Source of the DNA: Mantamonas sphyraenae STR306
Taxonomy: Eukaryota; Protista; CRuMs
Direction of reading: 5' to 3'
Assembly: GCA_026936335.1 (NCBI GenBank)
Contig: JAPMXV010000001.1
Span: forward strand, 186,001 to 250,000
DNA length: 64,000 bases
Shown: positions 58,104 through 64,000 of the stretch, in pieces
Position numbering within the stretch: the stretch's first letter is position 1
How the letters are laid out: each line of letters opens with the position of its first letter
Made by a program: the position numbers and the translations under genes
The notes under the pieces: generated by a model
Database searches by the model: none
The model's input: the letters and a program-made list of their open reading frames with translations, nothing else
Told to the model about the DNA's origin: nothing

Positions 58104-60870
58104 ATGTCCTCTTCCAAATACGAAGAGAATGGCCCTCCGTCCATTGAGGAGGCCAAGGAATACTTTGTGCGGGAAGTTCTGCCAAAGAACCCAGAGACCG
58201 ATGAGATCTTCAGTGTGTGTGAGTCCCCCATGGGGCTTGCCTCCTTTGGAGTGGGTGTCACCCTGTACTTCAAACTCCTTGTACGTTTGTTGACCACGAC
58301 CCATCCTGGGAACCCCCGTTCTGCCTTTGTCCAACCCCAAACCGCCATGTTCCATGCTGCCCATGCCTGTCCATGTTCCGCAGACAGCACCGGTTCCTGC
58401 CACCGGTGCGAGGACTGCCTTGGGGACAAATCCAGGATTTTCCGGCGCAACACTCACACAGGTTGGTTTCCTTCGCCAAACCACATCGTCCGCACATCCT
58501 CCCGGATATGTTTGTGTGTGTGTGTGGTCCTGGTCCCGTCCATACGGTGTCTGCAGGTGTGGATGAGCATCCTCTTTGTCATCCAGGCGGCCGTTTCGCT
58601 GTCCAACGTGGTGTACAATCTGGGAGGAAACCGCGCGCCCGCAGGTTCTGGCATCGTGGTCCAGATGACCATTGCCAATCGCTTCGGTACGTACCCAGCC
58701 TCCATGATGTTCATGTGTGCTACCCGCCATCAGCGTTGTCTCTTGGTTTTCTTGCGGGAAAACCCCCCTTTGTGCTGTGTCCGGCAGACGCCGTGCGCGG
58801 GGGGCAAGGCGCATGTCTTTTTGCCCAACTTTTGAGCGTATGTGTGTAGTCTGACAGCGCATGGCCACACACAGGTGACCAAATCCCGCCAGTGCAGGGT
58901 ACGTTTGAGTTTGTGGCCATCCTGGTGTGTCTCCTGTTCTGGCTGATCGTCAAGAAGCGGCAGGTGGCGGTGGCGCGCAAGATAGACGCGAAAACGCTGA
59001 GTGCCAGCGACTACTCGATTTGGGTGGAGGATCTGCCCGAGGATGTGATTGACCCTCGCGAGTATCTGGACTTCTTCACCAAGCCCGAGAGCAACCAGGA
59101 GGTCGACTTTCCCATTGTGGAGATCACGATGGCGTTGGACAACGGCGAGATTGTCCACCTGCTGCAAGAGATGGAGAAGCTGGAGGACGAGATGCGGTAC
59201 AAGGAGGTGAAGAAGGGTGGCGAGTTGGAGGCCACCGACGGCTGCTGTGCCAAGGATCTCACCTACTACGAGAACAAGAAGGCCAAGTTGCAGGCGAAGC
59301 TGGACAAGGAGCGCGAGACCACCCACAAGCCTGCCAAGCTGTTTGTCACCTACGAGAAGCAGGTGGATGTCGATCGTGTCATTGAGATCTTCAACTACAG
59401 CAACATTTCACCAAGGTGCTGAACCTGATCTTCTGCTGCTGCCCGTGCAGCTTCGGTGTGCCCACCTTCCGTGGCAACCGACTGCGTGTCGAGCGCGCCG
59501 TGGAGCCTTCCGATGTGATTTGGAAGAACCAACACGTGAGCCGGTGGAGCCAGCAGGTGCGTGGTGTGCGCACCATTGTCGGCGGCCTCATCTTTGTGGC
59601 CGCAGTGACGGGCATCATCTACGCCGTCAAGGAGGCCGGAAAGAGTGCCAACGGTGTCAACAACACGTCCCTGACGGTGTTGGCCTCGTTCATTGTCACC
59701 ATTTTGAACCAGGTGCTTGTGCGTGGTCTCATCAAGCTGTCCCAGAGCGCACGTGCTCACTCCGTCTCGCAGCAGGACTCACGTCTCATGATTCTGCTGC
59801 TGGCCGCTCAGTTCAGCACCACCGGTCTCATTATCCTTGTGTCCACGCTGCTTGTGGAATCGGACCCGTACAAGCGTTTTGTGACGCTGGGCGACCAGGC
59901 CACGTTCATCGTGCTTGCCGATGCCTTCACCTCGAACATTGTGCGCATCCTTCGTCCGTTTGACCACTTGAAGAAGGACTACCTGGCCAAGAAGGCGCTG
60001 ACACAGTGGAAGATGAACTCGTTCTTTGCTGGCATGGACTTTGTGCTGGCCGAACGATACGCCTCTGTGCTCAAGACCCTCTTTGTCATTTTCACGTACG
60101 GCAGCATTGCGCCGGTGGTCTTCATCCTTGGCACCGTGTGTTTCATCATCACCTACTATGTGGACAAGTACTACCTGCTGCGTCTGTCCCACAACCCGCC
60201 CCTGCTGGACGAGAAGCTCTCCTTCCAATTGCACTGGATCCTGCCCGCCGCCATTGCCGGCCGCGGCTTCATGAGCGGTCTGTTCATGGGCCAGGTTCCC
60301 AACAATGGCACTGCCGCAGGTCTGGCCTTTGCCGGCATGGGTGTGGCTCTGGCGATGCTTGTGCTCCAGGTGTTCCCGTTCCTGCTCAACTCGCCCATGC
60401 TGCGCTGCTTCAAGTGTCTGTTTGACGACGATGCGAACCTGCAGGACGACGAGGAGGCCATGACTGCTCCGTCGTACAACAACATCCCTACCCCCATCGA
60501 ACGCTACATTCCTCCTGGTCCCGTGGAGGAGATTGCCAGCCAGGTCGCTTCCGTGCCCGGCAGGATGCCTCCCCTGGACGTCAAGAAGTGGACTCCTGCC
60601 GATGGCATCGAGGGCCAGGGCCCCGGCGCAGGTGCGTTCGTGCCTCCGCCCCAGCAGAACACCGATCCACAGAACGTGGTGCTCATGCAACAGATGGGCG
60701 CTGGGCCAGGATCGCCCGGAATGATGCCTCCCCAGCAGCAGATGATCACCGCCGCCTGCTTCCAGTGCCAGGGTGCCTTCCAGGCGCCTGCAGGCGTTGC
60801 CCAGGTGCAGTGTCCCAACTGTGGCGCCGTCAACCAGTTCCAGGCCCCGCCCATGGGCCCCCCGCAATAA
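58104..60870 (+). CDS. OSCA/TMEM63(TMC)-like multi-pass channel with a C-terminal zinc ribbon; multi-exon, frameshift near 59407
   Basis: GVGVTLYFKLL, ASDYSIWVEDLP, ERAVEPSDVIWKN, LAERYA, YYVDKYYLLR, tail CFQC..(14)..CPNC. Confidence 0.75.
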
Positions 60871-60995
60871 AGACAATAAGCAACTCCCTCGAAGGAGTCG
60901 CTTGTACCATGTTTGGTTCCCTCTTTGTGAGCAGAAGGATGATGGTGTGTGCGGAAAAGTGTGGATGCGCAGTCGCATCCAAGGACTCCTTTCGG

Positions 60996-62744
60996 ATGTG
61001 TGGCATTGGCGTGGTCATCCATGCACCCACCTGCTTCCCTGCCACCCACGCACAGGATGGAGAGGAAGACGAGGGAGATGTGGAGGAGGCTGGGCAGCAG
61101 AGTGGGAGCGTGCCAGAACCGGACGAACTGCTGGAGCTCCTGACCCCCCGTGGACCAGATGCAGGCTTTGTACACACCGTAGACACGGATGAGATGGATA
61201 GCATAGGTTCCATGCACGTAGTGGCCACGGTTCTGGCGCTGCGGGGCACACAGACGGTGGCACAGCCGGTGAGTGATGAGCACGGAAATGTGCTCGCCTT
61301 CAATGGCGAAATCTACGACACAGATGCATTTGGCGAGGGTTCCTTCGACCCAACCGTGGACAACGACACGGAGTTTGTCAGCAATGAGCTTGCATTGTGC
61401 ACAAGCCACACCGAGGTGTTGGAGTGTCTTGCCAAACTGCGAGGGCCCTTTGCTCTGGTGTACTGGCATGCAAGCATGCACACAGTGTACTTTGCACGCG
61501 ATTGCGTGGGAAGGCGTTCGTTGCTGCGCATGCACAGTACAGAGGCGTTGGTGTTGAGTTCTGTGGCAGCACAGGGCATGGGTAGGAAGTGGGAGGAGGT
61601 GCGACCGGCTGTGTACCACGCCCGTGTGGACAAGGGAGGCGTATTGGACGTCTCATGTACAGAGTGGAACACGCTGCACGCCGAGGATGTGCTTGGGGTG
61701 CGCACAGGGGAGGTGGAACCCAACTCGGACGAGGCAGAACTGTTGCAGTCCGCAGACGCAGTGCTGGAGACCCAGGACAACAAAGACGCAGAGGCACTGC
61801 TGGATGAAATGCGTGGCAGTGTTTCGCGTCGCTTGACGTGTGTGCAACAGGACAACCAGGTGGATGGACCACACAAGGCACGCGTGGGCATCCTCTTTTC
61901 GGGTGGCATCGACAGCCTGTGGCTGGCGGCTTTGGCACACGAGTGTGTGCCCTGTGAGGAACCCATCGATCTGCTCAACGTCTCGTTTGCCTCGCCAGCG
62001 TCAAATGCGCCGGATCGCAAGACAGGGGTGCGCAGCTGGCGGGCGTTGCAAGCGATGACGAACGGCAGCGGTCGCGTGTGGCATCTGGTGGACATAGATG
62101 TGGATGCCAGCGAAGTGGAGGCCAACTTGAAGCATGTGGCAGCCCTTGTGCATCCGCGAGACACAGAGATGGATGTAAACATTGCGTGCGCGTTGTGGTT
62201 TGCGTCTCGAGGCACAGGCACGCTGGAGGAGGATGGCCAGGCTTACGAATCCACCGCACGCATTTTGCTATCGGGGTTGGGTGCTGACGAGCAGTTTGCA
62301 GGGTACACGCGACACATGGCATGCTTTCGGCGCGGCGGTTGGCAAGCGCTGGATGCCGAGCTGCGATTGGATGTGGGCAGGATATGGCTGCGTAACCTGG
62401 GACGCGATGACCGTGTGGTCGCTGATCACGGCAAGGAGCTGCGTTTCCCGTTTCTGGACGAAAAGGTGATGCACCACGTACGCAGCGTGGCCTTGTATCG
62501 TTTGTGCAATCCGCACCTGGCAAAGGAGATTGGATGCAAGAAACTGCTTCGTGAGGCTGCCCTACTGACTGGATTGGACTCGGAGGGTTGTCAGCTGGCC
62601 AAACGGGCCATGCAATTTGGCACACGCATTGCCAAGCTGCAACAGAAGCGCCGCGGGCTCACCAACAAGCAAGTTGCCGGCAACACAAAGGCAAACACCT
62701 CCAAGAACAGCAACAGCAGCAGCAGCAGCAGCAGCAGCAATTGA
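60996..62744 (+). CDS. ASNSD1: Asparagine synthetase domain-containing protein 1
   Basis: MCGI N-terminal nucleophile, RGPD, FNGEIY, RDCVGRRSLL, LFSGGIDS, GLGADEQFAGY, RNLGRDDR, KRAMQFG. Confidence 0.94.
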   Translation: MCGIGVVIHAPTCFPATHAQDGEEDEGDVEEAGQQSGSVPEPDELLELLTPRGPDAGFVHTVDTDEMDSIGSMHVVATVLALRGTQTVAQPVSDEHGNVLAFNGEIYDTDAFGEGSFDPTVDNDTEFVSNELALCTSHTEVLECLAKLRGPFALVYWHASMHTVYFARDCVGRRSLLRMHSTEALVLSSVAAQGMGRKWEEVRPAVYHARVDKGGVLDVSCTEWNTLHAEDVLGVRTGEVEPNSDEAELLQSADAVLETQDNKDAEALLDEMRGSVSRRLTCVQQDNQVDGPHKARVGILFSGGIDSLWLAALAHECVPCEEPIDLLNVSFASPASNAPDRKTGVRSWRALQAMTNGSGRVWHLVDIDVDASEVEANLKHVAALVHPRDTEMDVNIACALWFASRGTGTLEEDGQAYESTARILLSGLGADEQFAGYTRHMACFRRGGWQALDAELRLDVGRIWLRNLGRDDRVVADHGKELRFPFLDEKVMHHVRSVALYRLCNPHLAKEIGCKKLLREAALLTGLDSEGCQLAKRAMQFGTRIAKLQQKRRGLTNKQVAGNTKANTSKNSNSSSSSSSSN

Positions 62745-62794
62745 ATCCAAGGAGGGATGGGAGAAGATGTGTCAAATGTACTTTTGTGCATCAA

Positions 62795-64000
62795 TCATAC
62801 GCACGCACTGATGTCCGTGGCACCGGTACCCGCCGTGTTGGTGCCATAGGGGCAATCAAAGCAAGCAGACAGGGCCTTGATGTTGCCATACTTGCCCTGG
62901 GGACAGTTTTGGCAGCCGGGCGAGCCGTCGACACCGGAATACTGGCCCACTGGGCAGGATGTACACACGCCGCCGGCATTGCTAAACTCACCCGCCTGGC
63001 AGTCGTAGCAAAAGGTGCGTGAGTAGCCACTGGTCTTGCCTGCGGGACACGTGAGACAGGTGGCCGTGGTGGACGAGGGCTGATACAGGCCCGGTTCACA
63101 CAACTTGCAGCGGCCGCCAAACTGAGAGCGGGTGCCTGCACGACAAGCCTTCCGCACGCCCTGGATGCACTCGTAGCCGTCAGGACATGACATGCACGTG
63201 TTGTTCGAGCTCTCCAGATACTCGCGGTAGGGTGTGCAGGGCAATGCAATGCCGTTCTGGCAGCGCCAGCCCGTGAGACACGGGCTGCAGGCAGAGGCGC
63301 CACCAAAGGAAAAGATGGTGGGCAGCTGCTGATAGGGACAGGTGGTGATGATGCCAGCACGACAGTAGGAGCCTGCTGGACAGCGTTCGCAGTCTGTGTT
63401 GTTGAACTCGCCCGCCCAGTAGGAGCCGCCTTCGCAGAAGCAGGCGGTGGTGGGCTTGGTGACGAGGAAGATGTCGTCAAAGTAGGCCTCGCCCGAATGG
63501 ACCTTGAGTTGGATGCGAATGTCCACCGACTTGATGCGTTTGGTCACCGTAAAGTCTGCAAAGGCGTACTCGTAGTCGTGGGTGCCTGTGTTGAACACAG
63601 CCGCAGCCACGTTGCTGGCCGAGGTCAGGTCCTGGTACAGCACGTCCATCACAATGGCGTAATTGCTGTCGGGGCTGCCGGACACGTTGAACGCCCGGCT
63701 GTACCCGGCAATGCGCAGGTCGATGGCGTTGGGCTGGTCCAATGTCACCGTCTGCGCCGCACCGGCCTGGAAGAACGTGGTGTTGTCCGACACCAACCGC
63801 GCTGCAAAAGGAAAGTCGTTGCTGACGTTTGTGTACCCCCCGGAAATGTAGGAGAATTGGGGCGAGGCCACCCACGAGCCCTGAAAGTCAAAGTGGGGAT
63901 TGGACACCAACGAGCCGCCATACTTGCTGTCTGTGCCATCGCAACGTGAGCACGACGACCAGCCCTGCATGCTGTACGTGCCATTGGCACAGGGCGAACA
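62795..64000 (-). CDS. Cys-rich surface/secreted protein (Ephrin_rec_like/GCC2-GCC3 repeats plus a jelly-roll-like domain), 5'-truncated
   Basis: Repeated C..CP.G.Y motifs. The segment from NPHFD to AYFDDI resembles a carbohydrate-binding module. Confidence 0.72.
   Translation of the reverse strand, partial: CSPCANGTYSMQGWSSCSRCDGTDSKYGGSLVSNPHFDFQGSWVASPQFSYISGGYTNVSNDFPFAARLVSDNTTFFQAGAAQTVTLDQPNAIDLRIAGYSRAFNVSGSPDSNYAIVMDVLYQDLTSASNVAAAVFNTGTHDYEYAFADFTVTKRIKSVDIRIQLKVHSGEAYFDDIFLVTKPTTACFCEGGSYWAGEFNNTDCERCPAGSYCRAGIITTCPYQQLPTIFSFGGASACSPCLTGWRCQNGIALPCTPYREYLESSNNTCMSCPDGYECIQGVRKACRAGTRSQFGGRCKLCEPGLYQPSSTTATCLTCPAGKTSGYSRTFCYDCQAGEFSNAGGVCTSCPVGQYSGVDGSPGCQNCPQGKYGNIKALSACFDCPYGTNTAGTGATDISACV

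Noticed and set aside
60588-60995. N-terminal extension of ASNSD1 in the ORF track
   Set aside because: It overlaps the upstream gene, and the Ntn-amidotransferase fold requires a start at MCGI (60996).

Overview
This is a gene-dense, GC-rich eukaryotic nuclear window, most likely from a flagellated protist: it carries CFAP206 and a PKD2-type channel, has GT-AG introns ending in CACAG/TACAG, and has very short intergenic spacers. About 27 protein-coding genes are recognisable, including DDX11, two GPCR-like 7TM genes, TMEM199, a PUB-PP2C fusion, ORC2, NAT9, a LYR protein, ZNF830, a HEAT giant, a giant HECT ligase, TDP1, an OSCA-like channel and ASNSD1. There are also two intron-containing tRNA genes. 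The main findings are: (1) a tRNA-Arg(UCU) gene with two introns, one of them in the D-loop (14/15) and framed by an archaeal-type bulge-helix-bulge motif; (2) an NLR-like Schlafen(AlbA_2)-NB-ARC-TPR protein with intact-looking RNase catalytic residues and a C-terminal membrane anchor; (3) a ~1.1 kb inverted duplication of the V-ATPase F gene bracketing 7.7 kb; (4) a coiled-coil protein with an exact 109-aa (~16 nm) period; (5) two unassigned structured intergenic RNA candidates. About 11 single-base frameshifts, mostly in homopolymers, are probably assembly errors. All calls come from reading motifs by eye; no searches or folding programs were run.
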